39,502 bases of DNA from a bacterium. GTDB taxonomy: Bacteria; Patescibacteriota; Minisyncoccia; Minisyncoccales; CG1-02-41-26. The notes beneath the pieces were generated by a model. That model saw nothing but the letters and a program-made list of their open reading frames with translations. It had not been told where the DNA came from and ran no database searches. A program made the position numbers and the translations under genes. Where the stretch lies: contig JAUVXX010000006.1 in the NCBI GenBank assembly GCA_030603395.1, positions 1 to 39,502 on the forward strand, written 5' to 3'. How positions within the stretch are numbered: position 1 is the first letter of the stretch; every line of letters starts with the position of its first letter. This document shows, one piece after another, positions 6,597 through 15,979 of this stretch.

Positions 6597-9293
6597 TTAT
6601 TGACGGGGTAAAGAAACTTTTTCTCTTTTCCGACGGGTGGGAGAAATAGTGGTCTGGAAAACCACTTTCCCCTGGCTGAAATCAGCTAAAACCCTGTCCT
6701 TTTCCTGAATTTCCGAAGTAATAATTTTCAAAGACAGAGGATTGAGGATTAACCTCTGGATAACTCTCTTCAAAGGTCTGGCTCCCAGATTGGGGTCAAA
6801 ACCTTTGGCAGCCAAAACTTCTTGTAACTTAGGAGAGAATCTGATTTTGACTTGTTTTACTTTTTCCAATCTTTTTTTAACTTTCTCCAATTCCAGGCCA
6901 ACAATCTTTTTCAGTTCTTTTTTGCCAAGGTAGTTGAAAATGATAATCTCATCAATTCGGTTCAAAAACTCCGGCAAAAAGGCTTCTTTTAGAGAGTCGT
7001 AAATTTTCTTTTTAAGGTTTTCTCGGGCTGGTATCTTTCCTTTTGTTATCTCAAACCCCAAAGGCCGGAGCTGGGAGATGAATTGCGAACCAACGTTGCT
7101 GGTCATAATAATCACTGAATTCTTGAAAGAAACCACTCTGCCCTTGGCATCGGTTAATCGGCCGTCTTCAAAAATTTGTAAAAGAATATTAAAAACTTCG
7201 GGATGAGCTTTCTCAACTTCATCAAGCAGGATAACGCCGTAGGGACGCCGGCGGACTTTTTCGGTTAACTGGCCTCCCTCTTCATGGCCGATATAACCCG
7301 GAGGGGCTCCCATCATTTTTGAGACACTGTGCGGCTCCATATACTCTGACATATCCAATCTTATCAGGGCATTTTCGCTACTGAAGAGAAAGTCAGCCAG
7401 GGCTCTGGCGGTCTCGGTTTTGCCGACTCCGGTTGGCCCCAAAAAGAGAAAGACGCCGATGGGCCGGTTCTCTTCAGAAATGCCGCTTCTTCCCCGGCGG
7501 ATGGCATTTCCCAGAGCTCTGATGCCTTGTTCCTGGCCGATGACCCGCTGGCTTAATTTCTCCTCTATTTTTTCCAATTTCTTGGCTTCCTCTTCAATTA
7601 ATCTGGTTACCGGAACGCCGGTCCAGCGAGAAACCACCTGAGCCACGTCTTCTTCGGTTACCTCCTCTTTTAACAGATGGCTCTTTTTTTGAAGGTTGCG
7701 CAACTTTCTCTCTTCAGCCCCCAGAGCTTTTTTCAACTCTGGGATTTTCCCGTATTTTAACTCAGCTACCTTCTGGAGGTCGGCTGCTCTCTGAGCAATT
7801 TCAATTTCATTGGTAACCCCGTCAATCTCTTCCTTAAGTTTTTTAATTTTGGAAATTAATTCTTTCTCAGAAGACCATTTGGCTCTTAAATTCTGGGCTT
7901 TCTCTTTCAGGTCAGCCAAAGTTCTTTCAAGAACCCGTAATCGCTTCTGATTGTCTTTTTCTCCGGTTACCGCTTGTTTCTCAATTTCAAGTTTCTGAAT
8001 CTCTCTAGTTAAGGCATCTAATTCTTCCGGCTCAGATTCAATTTCCAACCTCAAACCAGAAGCTGCCTCATCCATTAAATCTACGGCTTTGTCTGGTAAA
8101 AATCTGTCTGAGATATAGCGGCTGGCAAGTTCGGCCGCCGCCTTCAGCGCCGAGTCTTTAATTTTAATGCCGTGGTGAAGTTCGTATCTCTCTTTGAGGC
8201 CCCGCAAAATGGCTATGGTATCTTCAATTGAGGGTTCTTGGACGTAAATTGGTTGAAATCTTCTTTCTAAGGCCGGGTCTTTTTCAATGTATTTTTGATA
8301 TTCTTTCAGGGTGGTGGCTCCAATGGCTCTCAGTTCCCCCCGGGACAGGGCTGGCTTCAAAAGATTGGAAGCATCAATGGCTCCTTCAGCCGCCCCCGCT
8401 CCAACCAGGGTATGGAGCTCGTCAATAAACAGAATATAACGGCCTCCTCCCCTTTTGATTTCTCGCAGCAAGGCCTTAATTCTTGATTCAAACTCTCCCC
8501 GGTATTTTGTTCCAGCCACCAAAGCCCCCAAATCCAAGGCAATTATCTCTTTTTCTTTCAAGCTTTCGGGAACATCACCGGTACTTATTTTCCTGGCTAA
8601 GCCCTCGCAAATGGCGGTCTTGCCAACTCCCGCCTCCCCTATCAGCACCGGGTTGTTTTTGGTTCTCCGAGATAAAACCTGCATCAATCTTTTAATCTCT
8701 GCTTCCCGGCCGATGACCGGGTCTAACTTTCGCTGCCTGGCCAAAGTGGTCAGGTTTCTGGCGTATTTTTCGAGCACCTCATATTTTGACTCCGGGTCCG
8801 GGTCGGTAATTTTTTCTTCTCCTCGGATGTCAGCTAAAAGCTTGAGAACTCTTTCTGGGTCAAGGGCCCTTGACTGACCCGTTAAAGAGCGCGCTTTTTC
8901 CAAAACATCTCTGGCCCCGGTTTCCGTACCCAGCACCCCCAAGAACAGATGCTCAATAGAAATAAATTCATCCCCCATTTTCATGGCTTCTGCCCTGGCT
9001 TTGTCCAAAACCTGAGCCATATCCTGGGTAAAGTAAAACTGACCCACGGCCTCTCGTCTAACTATGGGAGAAATTTGTTTAATCTGACCTTCGGTCTTTT
9101 TTTTCAGGTCCTCAACGTCTAATTGGAGTTTCTGAAGCAAAGTCAAAACAATGCTCTCCTCTTGCTGTAAAAGAGCCAAAAGTAAATGCAAAGCGTCAAT
9201 CTGCTGATGGCCGAAATCTCTGGCTACTGATTGAGCTTTCATAATGGCCTCTTGAGATTTGTGGGTGAAATCACCTCCTTGAATAAATGGCAT
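6597..9293 (-). CDS. clpB: ATP-dependent chaperone/disaggregase ClpB
   Basis: 898 aa with a Clp N-domain repeat, Walker A motifs GEAGVGKT and GPTGVGKT, and a long coiled-coil middle domain between the two AAA+ modules. Confidence 0.9.
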   Translation of the reverse strand: MPFIQGGDFTHKSQEAIMKAQSVARDFGHQQIDALHLLLALLQQEESIVLTLLQKLQLDVEDLKKKTEGQIKQISPIVRREAVGQFYFTQDMAQVLDKARAEAMKMGDEFISIEHLFLGVLGTETGARDVLEKARSLTGQSRALDPERVLKLLADIRGEEKITDPDPESKYEVLEKYARNLTTLARQRKLDPVIGREAEIKRLMQVLSRRTKNNPVLIGEAGVGKTAICEGLARKISTGDVPESLKEKEIIALDLGALVAGTKYRGEFESRIKALLREIKRGGGRYILFIDELHTLVGAGAAEGAIDASNLLKPALSRGELRAIGATTLKEYQKYIEKDPALERRFQPIYVQEPSIEDTIAILRGLKERYELHHGIKIKDSALKAAAELASRYISDRFLPDKAVDLMDEAASGLRLEIESEPEELDALTREIQKLEIEKQAVTGEKDNQKRLRVLERTLADLKEKAQNLRAKWSSEKELISKIKKLKEEIDGVTNEIEIAQRAADLQKVAELKYGKIPELKKALGAEERKLRNLQKKSHLLKEEVTEEDVAQVVSRWTGVPVTRLIEEEAKKLEKIEEKLSQRVIGQEQGIRALGNAIRRGRSGISEENRPIGVFLFLGPTGVGKTETARALADFLFSSENALIRLDMSEYMEPHSVSKMMGAPPGYIGHEEGGQLTEKVRRRPYGVILLDEVEKAHPEVFNILLQIFEDGRLTDAKGRVVSFKNSVIIMTSNVGSQFISQLRPLGFEITKGKIPARENLKKKIYDSLKEAFLPEFLNRIDEIIIFNYLGKKELKKIVGLELEKVKKRLEKVKQVKIRFSPKLQEVLAAKGFDPNLGARPLKRVIQRLILNPLSLKIITSEIQEKDRVLADFSQGKVVFQTTISPTRRKREKVSLPRQ

Positions 9294-9315
9294 AGTTCAA
9301 AATCTATAACATTCT

Positions 9316-9344
9316 ATTTTAATTAGATTTTAGAGAAATGTCAA
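9316..9344 (-). promoter_or_regulatory. Putative clpB promoter (TTGACA-N17-TAAAAT)
   Basis: The minus strand has TTGACA at 9339-9344 and TAAAAT at 9316-9321, about 23 nt upstream of the clpB ATG (9293). No Shine-Dalgarno sequence lies in the short leader. Confidence 0.45.
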
Positions 9345-9346
9345 TG

Positions 9347-10672
9347 TTAGCTGGTTTTTTCGCCCAGGGTAGCTTCAACTATTATTTCTTCCTCCCCTCT
9401 TAGAATTTTCAAAACCAATTTGTCACCGGGTTGACGTTCCCGAATGAGCTTAGCTAAAGAATTCTCTAAGGTAATTCTTGCTCCGTCAATTTCCAAAATT
9501 ATATCACCCTCTTTGAGTCCGGCTTTCTCGGCTTCAGAACCAGGAACAATGGCTGGCTCCTGGGGACTATCTCCCCTAACTATCAGGACTCCGTAATCAA
9601 CCAGCAACTCTCTTTCTTCTTGAATCTCTGGGGTTATTAAAATATATCTTACCCCCAGAAAGGGATAAATAATTTTACCTGTTTCTTTGACCTGTTCAAT
9701 ATCTCTTTTAGCTTTATCTATGGGAATGGCAAAACCAATGCTTTGAGCCTCTTGAGCCATGGCTACGTTCACTCCAATCACCTCTCCTCTCAAATTCAAA
9801 AGCGGACCTCCTGAATTTCCTTTGTTAATGGCGGCATCGGTTTGGATAACGTCTTCCAAGGTTTCAATGATACCGGCGCCGGAAGCAGTAATGGTTCTGC
9901 CAAGACCGGAAATTACCCCCACCGAAACGGTGTTCCGGAATTCTCCCAGGGCGTTACCAATGGCAATGACTGTCTGGCCGATCTGTAAGTTTGAAGAATC
10001 GCCCAGCTTAACCACCGAGAAGGGCTTTTGAATAAATTCTCCTTGTTCATCAATTATCTTTTCTTTCTCAACTTTAAGAATGGCTAAATCCTGGAAAGGG
10101 TCCCGGGCTAAAACCCTGGCTGAATATTTTTGACCCTCATTGGTAAGAACGGCATAATCTACTTCGGAATAAGAAACTACATGCTTGTTAGTTAAAATCA
10201 TGCCGTCTTCAGAAATGACAAAACCAGTTCCTCCGCCAATTTTCTGTTTCTCGGTGCCTTTCTGGCGATATTGGGGAATCTGAAATCCGGGGAAGGGACT
10301 TTCATAGTATTGTTCAAAAACGGGCAAATCTTTGGTGATAATAATACTGACGACGGCCGGCGAAACTTCCCTGACCACCCTGATGATGGCTTCTTCCTGG
10401 AAGGTTTGAGGCGTATATTCCTCTGGGGATTGAGCTTGTTCTCCATTGGTACCAGTGGATGGCTGAGAAGGTTCATCTTGAGAGAATAGTCCAATTTCAG
10501 GAAAAACTCTGAGATAATTGTTTGCCTCTCTGACAGCCCCCTTCAATCCCTGCCAGAGTTCATTGCCATAAATAGTGCCAGCAAAAATCCCCAAAGAAAA
10601 AATAACCAACAAGACCCCGATTAATACGGATTTTCTTAATTTTTGGAACTTTGTTTTAATCTTCCTCGTCAT
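9347..10672 (-). CDS. htrA: HtrA/DegP-family serine protease with C-terminal PDZ domain
   Basis: 441 aa with an N-terminal TM anchor. The catalytic triad contexts are TNKHVV, DLAILKV and GNSGGPLL. The PDZ-like tail reads AGLKEGDIILEIDG. Confidence 0.85.
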   Translation of the reverse strand: MTRKIKTKFQKLRKSVLIGVLLVIFSLGIFAGTIYGNELWQGLKGAVREANNYLRVFPEIGLFSQDEPSQPSTGTNGEQAQSPEEYTPQTFQEEAIIRVVREVSPAVVSIIITKDLPVFEQYYESPFPGFQIPQYRQKGTEKQKIGGGTGFVISEDGMILTNKHVVSYSEVDYAVLTNEGQKYSARVLARDPFQDLAILKVEKEKIIDEQGEFIQKPFSVVKLGDSSNLQIGQTVIAIGNALGEFRNTVSVGVISGLGRTITASGAGIIETLEDVIQTDAAINKGNSGGPLLNLRGEVIGVNVAMAQEAQSIGFAIPIDKAKRDIEQVKETGKIIYPFLGVRYILITPEIQEERELLVDYGVLIVRGDSPQEPAIVPGSEAEKAGLKEGDIILEIDGARITLENSLAKLIRERQPGDKLVLKILRGEEEIIVEATLGEKTS

Positions 10673-11366
10673 AATGGTTAAATTTGTATTGGAAAAGCTC
10701 TTTTCTAATGGGGCCCTTGAATTTCATATGGAGCTCAGCAAAAGAATATTTAAGGCCTATCCTTACCCAGCCCTCTTTTTTAATTCTTCTCAAAGAAACA
10801 AAAATCTTGCTGGATTTTATCATGCCAAACTTCCCTATCTTGGAAATTCTTTGAACATAGTGATGGTCCTCAGCTATTTTTATTTCCTCATCAAAACCTC
10901 CTATTTTTTGATGGAGCCATTTCTTGACCAAAATCCCCATAGCTCCATGAGCCCATTTATTTTCCAAAATCTTGAGAGGATAATTGTAAAAAAAGTTAAA
11001 GATGATTTTGGGACCTCTTTTTTCAGACAAAGGGACTAAAGAGAAGGCAGCAATGTCTAAATTTCTTTTTTTAAATTCTTTTATGGTTTTCTCCAGAAAA
11101 CCTTTCGGTAAAACTACATCAGCATCCAAAAACAAAAGTAAATCCCCTTTTGCTTCCTTAGCTCCCTTATTTCTCCCTTGAGCTGGCAAGCCTCCTTCAG
11201 TCACCTCACCGCCAAAAGCTCTGGCAATTTCTCTGGTTCTGTCTTGAGAGCCAGCATCAGCTACGATAATTTCAAAATCACCACTGCCCCCTTGTTTTCT
11301 CAAACATTCCAAGAGCTGCGGCAAGTAGTCCTCTTCGTCCAAGGTTGGAATAATAATTGAAAGCAT
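10656..11366 (-). CDS. Family 2 glycosyltransferase
   Basis: 236 aa. It opens LSIIIPTLDEEDYL, with later DADVVLP and EDHHY motifs typical of the GT2 (GT-A) fold. Its 3' end overlaps the htrA start by 17 nt. Confidence 0.7.
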   Translation of the reverse strand: MLSIIIPTLDEEDYLPQLLECLRKQGGSGDFEIIVADAGSQDRTREIARAFGGEVTEGGLPAQGRNKGAKEAKGDLLLFLDADVVLPKGFLEKTIKEFKKRNLDIAAFSLVPLSEKRGPKIIFNFFYNYPLKILENKWAHGAMGILVKKWLHQKIGGFDEEIKIAEDHHYVQRISKIGKFGMIKSSKIFVSLRRIKKEGWVRIGLKYSFAELHMKFKGPIRKELFQYKFNHYDEED

Positions 11367-11383
11367 ATATTTTTACATTATAG

Positions 11384-12607
11384 CTAATACCTCAGGAATT
11401 TCAATTTCTCTTTTTGAGTTAAGCGCCAGACAAGCAAGAATAAGATTAAGTAGCAAACCAGCAGCCAGAGCCAGGAGATTTGGAAAGTTAAGGAAGCCCA
11501 GGGAATTTGAGAGAAGAAATTAACGATTGAGGTTAAATAGGTCAGCAAGAGCCAAGCGGGAAAAGAAAGAACAAAACCCAGGGGCTGTGAAATTATTCCA
11601 CCAAGCAGAAAAACAAAACCACTTACCATAAGATAGGACAGAAGGGGAACGATTAAGACGTTGGTGATTGGACTTACTAAAGAAACGTAACCGAAATTAA
11701 AAATTAAGATGGGCAAGGTGAAAACCTGGGCCGAGAAACTCATACCGAGAAGATTAGATAGATTGAAAGTTTTGAGAAATTTTATTCTCTGGAATAAACT
11801 TTGAAAAAAAGGCATCAAATAAATTATGCCCAAGGTAGCCAGAAAAGAAAGTTGAAAGCCAACGCTGTCTTTTAGAAGCAAAGGGTTAAAGGTAAGCATG
11901 ACAGCCGCCGCTAAAATTAAGGTATTTGAGGCTGCCTTTTGCCGGCCAATTTTTTGGCAGAATAAAAAAGTTGAACCCATGATGCCAGCTCTGATGGCTG
12001 AGGGTTGAACTCCTGTCATTAAAATAAAAAGCCAGAGTAAAATTAGAGCAAACCAAAAGGCCTGACCCCGGTAAAGCCCTAAAGCTATGCCCAGCCAAAT
12101 CAAAATTCCAGATAAAATAACAATGTGCATTCCTGAAATGGCGGTGATGTGCCTGACACCAGCTATGTTTAACTTTTCTTTCCATTCCGATGAGATTTTT
12201 TGTTTATCGCCCAAAACAATAGCTGCCAGAATTGAGGACTGGGGCGGCGATAAATTCTGGTAAACAATCTCTCTCAATCTTTCTTTGAAAGCGGAAAGTT
12301 TTTCTCCGATTATTGGAGTTCTCGTTTCTTCAGTTTGATAAGAAAAGGGCGGAGGACTGTCCTCCGGAGGCTTGACAATTTGAGTCCTCAAGATACCAGA
12401 AGCTAAGATTATCAAACAAATGCCAAAAACAATTACTATCTTTTTGAAGAAAGGGTTTTTGCTCCAGATGATAACTATCCCTGAATAAAACCCACCCAAA
12501 ATAAAAAGCTCATAAATGATGAACTGGGGCACCTTTAGAAATGAGGCAATAAAAATCCCTCCGATAAAAGAGAGTAAAAAATAGAGGAAGATTTTAGACG
12601 GGCTCAT
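11384..12607 (-). CDS. comEC: ComEC/Rec2-family DNA internalisation channel, short form without metallo-beta-lactamase domain
   Basis: 407 aa and polytopic. The competence-domain signature GVRHITAISGMHIVILSG is present. The protein ends soon after the last TM helix. Confidence 0.7.
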   Translation of the reverse strand: MSPSKIFLYFLLSFIGGIFIASFLKVPQFIIYELFILGGFYSGIVIIWSKNPFFKKIVIVFGICLIILASGILRTQIVKPPEDSPPPFSYQTEETRTPIIGEKLSAFKERLREIVYQNLSPPQSSILAAIVLGDKQKISSEWKEKLNIAGVRHITAISGMHIVILSGILIWLGIALGLYRGQAFWFALILLWLFILMTGVQPSAIRAGIMGSTFLFCQKIGRQKAASNTLILAAAVMLTFNPLLLKDSVGFQLSFLATLGIIYLMPFFQSLFQRIKFLKTFNLSNLLGMSFSAQVFTLPILIFNFGYVSLVSPITNVLIVPLLSYLMVSGFVFLLGGIISQPLGFVLSFPAWLLLTYLTSIVNFFSQIPWASLTFQISWLWLLVCYLILFLLVWRLTQKEKLKFLRY

Positions 12608-12609
12608 AA

Positions 12610-12879
12610 TTAAGCGGCCAGGCTTAAAACTCCTTTCACTCCCAAAAGGCAGGCAAAAACAAGCAAAAGCAGAAAGGGCAAAGCAATAAATAAACTTAAT
12701 AAGAGCAAGATGCCCCCTCCAATGTCAAAGACACTGCCTATGTCAAAGATAAAAATAAAGCCCTTTAAACAAATTAAAGCGGCTATGACAATTACCAGTC
12801 CTTGAGGAATACCAGGAACACCTGCTGAGAGCAAAACAATGGCAGCAATTATATCTAAGATACCTAAGATTTTTACCAT
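12610..12879 (-). CDS. Small membrane protein (about 3 TM helices); its start codon abuts the ftsZ stop codon
   Basis: 89-aa hydrophobic ORF. Its ATG at 12877-12879 directly abuts the ftsZ stop at 12880-12882. Confidence 0.55.
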   Translation of the reverse strand: MVKILGILDIIAAIVLLSAGVPGIPQGLVIVIAALICLKGFIFIFDIGSVFDIGGGILLLLSLFIALPFLLLLVFACLLGVKGVLSLAA

Positions 12880-13806
12880 TTACTGGAGGCCGGTGGCAAT
12901 AACGGTAACTTTTATTTCCCCTTGGTCTAAAGTTTTGTCTTCAGAAACCCCAAAAATTATTTTTGTTTTTTGGTCAGCTATTTTTTTAATAAAGCTGGCT
13001 ACCGAATTTACTTCAAGCAAAGCCAGATCCTCTCCCCCGATATTAAAGAGAATCCCCTTGGCTTTTTTAATGGGGAAATCAAGCAAAGGAGATTGGAGGG
13101 CAGAACTTGCTGCGGCAACCGCTCTGTTTTCCCCCTTGGCTTTGCCAACTCCGAACAAGGCCCTGCCCGAATTCCTTAATATCTCCTCCAAATCGGCAAA
13201 GTCCAAGCTGATGATTCCCGGAGAGGAGATTAAATCGGAAATTCCCCGGACGGCCTGCCCCAAAATTTCGTCTATCTTTAAAAAGGCCTCGTTGACCGAG
13301 GTGGTTTTAGTAATTATTTTAAGAATTCTGTCATTGGAAATACAAAGTAAACTGTCCACCCTCTTTTCCAGATTGGTCAATCCTAAATTGGCCAGCTTCT
13401 GGCGAAAGCTCCCCTCAAAAGAAAAAGGCTTGGTAACTATGGCTACGGTTAAAATCCCCAAATTCTTGGCGAGCTCCGCCAAAACCCCTATTCCCGGACT
13501 CCCGGTTCCGCCACCCATGCCAGCAGTTAAAAAAACCATCTTGGCTCCCTCTAAAATTTCTTTCAGCACCTCTTTGCTCTCCTGAGCCGCTTTTTCTCCC
13601 AATCGATAGTCCATGCCGGTGCCCAGACCCCCGGTGATTTTCTCTCCAATTAAAATTTTTTGAGGGGCATCGCTTTGCTTGAGGATTTGAGCATCGGTAT
13701 TTACGGCAATCAAATCAACTCCCCTTAAGTCAAAAGAGTTTAGTCTGGAAATGGTATTACAGCCAGCTCCCCCAATCCCAATAACTTTAATCTTTGATGT
13801 ATTCAT
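12880..13806 (-). CDS. ftsZ: Cell division GTPase FtsZ, core-only form (no C-terminal linker or tail)
   Basis: 308 aa with IKVIGIGGAGCN, NTDAQ and AGMGGGTGSPG (a tubulin-signature variant). It ends at VTVIATGLQ, the end of the globular core. Its start overlaps the ftsA stop (ATGA). Confidence 0.85.
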   Translation of the reverse strand: MNTSKIKVIGIGGAGCNTISRLNSFDLRGVDLIAVNTDAQILKQSDAPQKILIGEKITGGLGTGMDYRLGEKAAQESKEVLKEILEGAKMVFLTAGMGGGTGSPGIGVLAELAKNLGILTVAIVTKPFSFEGSFRQKLANLGLTNLEKRVDSLLCISNDRILKIITKTTSVNEAFLKIDEILGQAVRGISDLISSPGIISLDFADLEEILRNSGRALFGVGKAKGENRAVAAASSALQSPLLDFPIKKAKGILFNIGGEDLALLEVNSVASFIKKIADQKTKIIFGVSEDKTLDQGEIKVTVIATGLQ

Positions 13807-14999
13807 GGTAAAAACATCTTAAAAATTCTTCTCAGTCTCCCTCCTACTTTTCCCCCGGGAGGAGACTCGACTTCGGAGTCAAAACCTGTCAGTAAAAGTC
13901 CTGCACAGGTTGAAAGAGCTAAATCTTCAATCCCGGGAATATCTCTGACTCGTCCCAAACGACAAGGGAGTTTCAATCTCTGTTTGGCAAATTCTACCAT
14001 TCCTGGCAACTCAGCTCCTCCGCCAGTTAAAACAATACCCCCCGGCAAAAGATTCTGTTTGGAGATTTTCTTTAACTCTTTTTGAATTTCAGAAAATATT
14101 TCCGAAATCCGAGTCTCAATGATGTTTTTTAGAAATTTCGGAGAAAAAGACAAAGATTTCTCCGGAATTTCTATTTTGGTTACTCTCTTTTTCCCCTTTT
14201 GGGAAGTCAGAGTTCCAAATTCTCTTTTTATTCTCTCAGCTGTGGCAATTTCTGTTCGAAGCCCAAGAGCAATATCATTGGTAATATGGGAAGAACCCCA
14301 GGGGAAAACGACGAAATCTATCAGTTTTCCTTCCTCAAAAAAAGAAACCCCGGTATCGCCAGCCCCTATATCAACCATTCCCGCTCCCAGCTCTTTTTGT
14401 TGGAGGGTCAAACAAGCTCTGGCTGAAGCCAGTGAAGAAGGAATTATCCCTTCAACCTCCAGTCCGGCTCCACTAACCGCCTCTCCTAAATTCTCCAGAA
14501 CCGGAGAGAAAGCACAGATTAGAAGAACCTTGGTTTCAAGCCGAATACCAGCCAAGCCCAAGGGGTCAGCTATGCCTCCTTCTCCATCCACTAAAAATTC
14601 TTTGGGAAAGACATCCAAAACTTCTTTATTGGAGGGCAAATTCAGGGCCCTGGAAGCTTGGAGGACTCTCTGAATATCTTCTTCTGAAATCTTCTGGTCG
14701 GCTCGGGAGACCGAAACTAAACCCTGGCTGGACACAGCGTAAAGACGACTCCCCCCAATATTTACCAAAACTCCTTTAACTTTCGTAGCACCTGATTTTT
14801 TGAGTTGCTCTTTGGCTACGATGATGGCTTGCGTTACCTCTTGAGGATTAGAAACTTCTCCCTTCCTTACCCCCAGGCAGGGAACCTGGGTCTGAGCCAA
14901 AATAGCAACATCTCCGGTGCCTAAATCCTTTTGAGCAACCATCATTTTAATCGAGCTCGTTCCTATATCTAAGGCATTGAGGATGATGGATTTTGCCAT
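13803..14999 (-). CDS. ftsA: Cell division protein FtsA
   Basis: 398 aa of the actin/HSP70 fold, with ALDIGTSSIK, VDIGAGDTGVS and GIVLTGGGAELPG. The C-terminal amphipathic segment is RLRRIFKMFL. Confidence 0.85.
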   Translation of the reverse strand: MAKSIILNALDIGTSSIKMMVAQKDLGTGDVAILAQTQVPCLGVRKGEVSNPQEVTQAIIVAKEQLKKSGATKVKGVLVNIGGSRLYAVSSQGLVSVSRADQKISEEDIQRVLQASRALNLPSNKEVLDVFPKEFLVDGEGGIADPLGLAGIRLETKVLLICAFSPVLENLGEAVSGAGLEVEGIIPSSLASARACLTLQQKELGAGMVDIGAGDTGVSFFEEGKLIDFVVFPWGSSHITNDIALGLRTEIATAERIKREFGTLTSQKGKKRVTKIEIPEKSLSFSPKFLKNIIETRISEIFSEIQKELKKISKQNLLPGGIVLTGGGAELPGMVEFAKQRLKLPCRLGRVRDIPGIEDLALSTCAGLLLTGFDSEVESPPGGKVGGRLRRIFKMFLP

Positions 15000-15013
15000 A
15001 AAAATCTTGGAAC

Positions 15014-15418
15014 TTAAAATTTGAAACTTGAAACTTCTTTAAGGTAATATTCCTCTTTCTCCTTCATCTTCTCTGCTGCCTTCTCTGATTTCTCATGGTC
15101 ATAGCTAAGTAGATGCAAAGTTCCGTGAATCAGAACTCGTGCCAATTCTTCCTGAAAACTTGAATTAAATTTTTTAGCGTTCTTCTTTACCTCTCTGAGA
15201 CAAATAACTATTTCTCCCAGACCCTCGCCAAAAGTAAGCACATCAGTTACTTTGTTTTTCTTTCTATACTTTTTATTCAACTTGCGCATTCTCCCCTCTC
15301 CAATAAAAGCAATAGATATATCCCTCTGTTTTTTCTCTTCCTTTAACACTTTCTCAGCAACTCTTTTAACAAAATCCTCATCAACTTGACTTGTCGTCAA
15401 ATTATTAACTTCAATCAT
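15014..15418 (-). CDS. ybeY: rRNA maturation endoribonuclease YbeY
   Basis: 134 aa carrying the zinc motif HGTLHLLSYDH. Confidence 0.85.
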   Translation of the reverse strand: MIEVNNLTTSQVDEDFVKRVAEKVLKEEKKQRDISIAFIGEGRMRKLNKKYRKKNKVTDVLTFGEGLGEIVICLREVKKNAKKFNSSFQEELARVLIHGTLHLLSYDHEKSEKAAEKMKEKEEYYLKEVSSFKF

Positions 15419-15630
15419 ATTTTACCCAATTTCTTGAGTTTTTCATATTCTTTTTTCTTCTTTTCTCTTCTCAGGGCTGACCTCTTTCTTAATTGAGTAC
15501 TCTTTCCTCTCTTTTTAAATTGTTTTTTTCTTGCCTCAAGCAAAATTCCGCTTTTCTTAATTTTCTGAGAGAAGCGGCGGACTAAATTTTGGGAAGTTTC
15601 CCTACCTTGTCGATTAGCTCTTAATGGCAT
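15415..15630 (-). CDS. rpsU: 30S ribosomal protein S21
   Basis: 71 aa and highly basic. LVRRFSQKIKKSGILLEARKKQFKKRGKS matches the S21 pattern. It overlaps the ybeY start by 4 nt. Confidence 0.75.
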   Translation of the reverse strand: MPLRANRQGRETSQNLVRRFSQKIKKSGILLEARKKQFKKRGKSTQLRKRSALRREKKKKEYEKLKKLGKI

Positions 15631-15637
15631 ATTTTAA

Positions 15638-15979
15638 TTAAACGTTACGTAAGGGGGCATCTTTTTGCCAGCCACCCAAGAGATGTAAATGAATATGAGG
15701 GAAATGAGCGGTTTCTCCGACATTAAAAATAAGTTTGTAAGCTCGGTCAGTTTTTTGGTCTTTAGCAATCTTCTTGGCTAGAGAAACAAGTCTCCCCAGC
15801 AAAGTTACCTCCTTTTCTGAAAACCTATCTTTCCATTCCAGATGTTTTTTAACTATGAAAAGTAAATGGATCGGAGCTTCAGGTTTGATGTTTTTTATCC
15901 CGATAATATCTTCATCTTCGTAAACTACTTCTGCGGGTAGTTTCCCGTTGGCAATTTTACAAAATAAGCAATCGGTCAT
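15638..15979 (-). CDS. HIT-family (histidine triad) nucleotide hydrolase
   Basis: 113 aa. It opens CLFCKI and carries the histidine triad HIHLHLLGG. Confidence 0.85.
   Translation of the reverse strand: MTDCLFCKIANGKLPAEVVYEDEDIIGIKNIKPEAPIHLLFIVKKHLEWKDRFSEKEVTLLGRLVSLAKKIAKDQKTDRAYKLIFNVGETAHFPHIHLHLLGGWQKDAPLRNV

Noticed and set aside
12839-13585. Long antisense ORFs inside well-supported genes. Examples are 12839-13585 opposite ftsZ, 14119-14673 opposite ftsA, 8455-8877 opposite clpB, and 1969-2361 and 2931-3311 opposite the giant gene.
   Set aside because: They lie entirely within strongly motif-supported genes on the other strand. They have biased low-complexity composition and no start signals. 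They are typical shadow ORFs.
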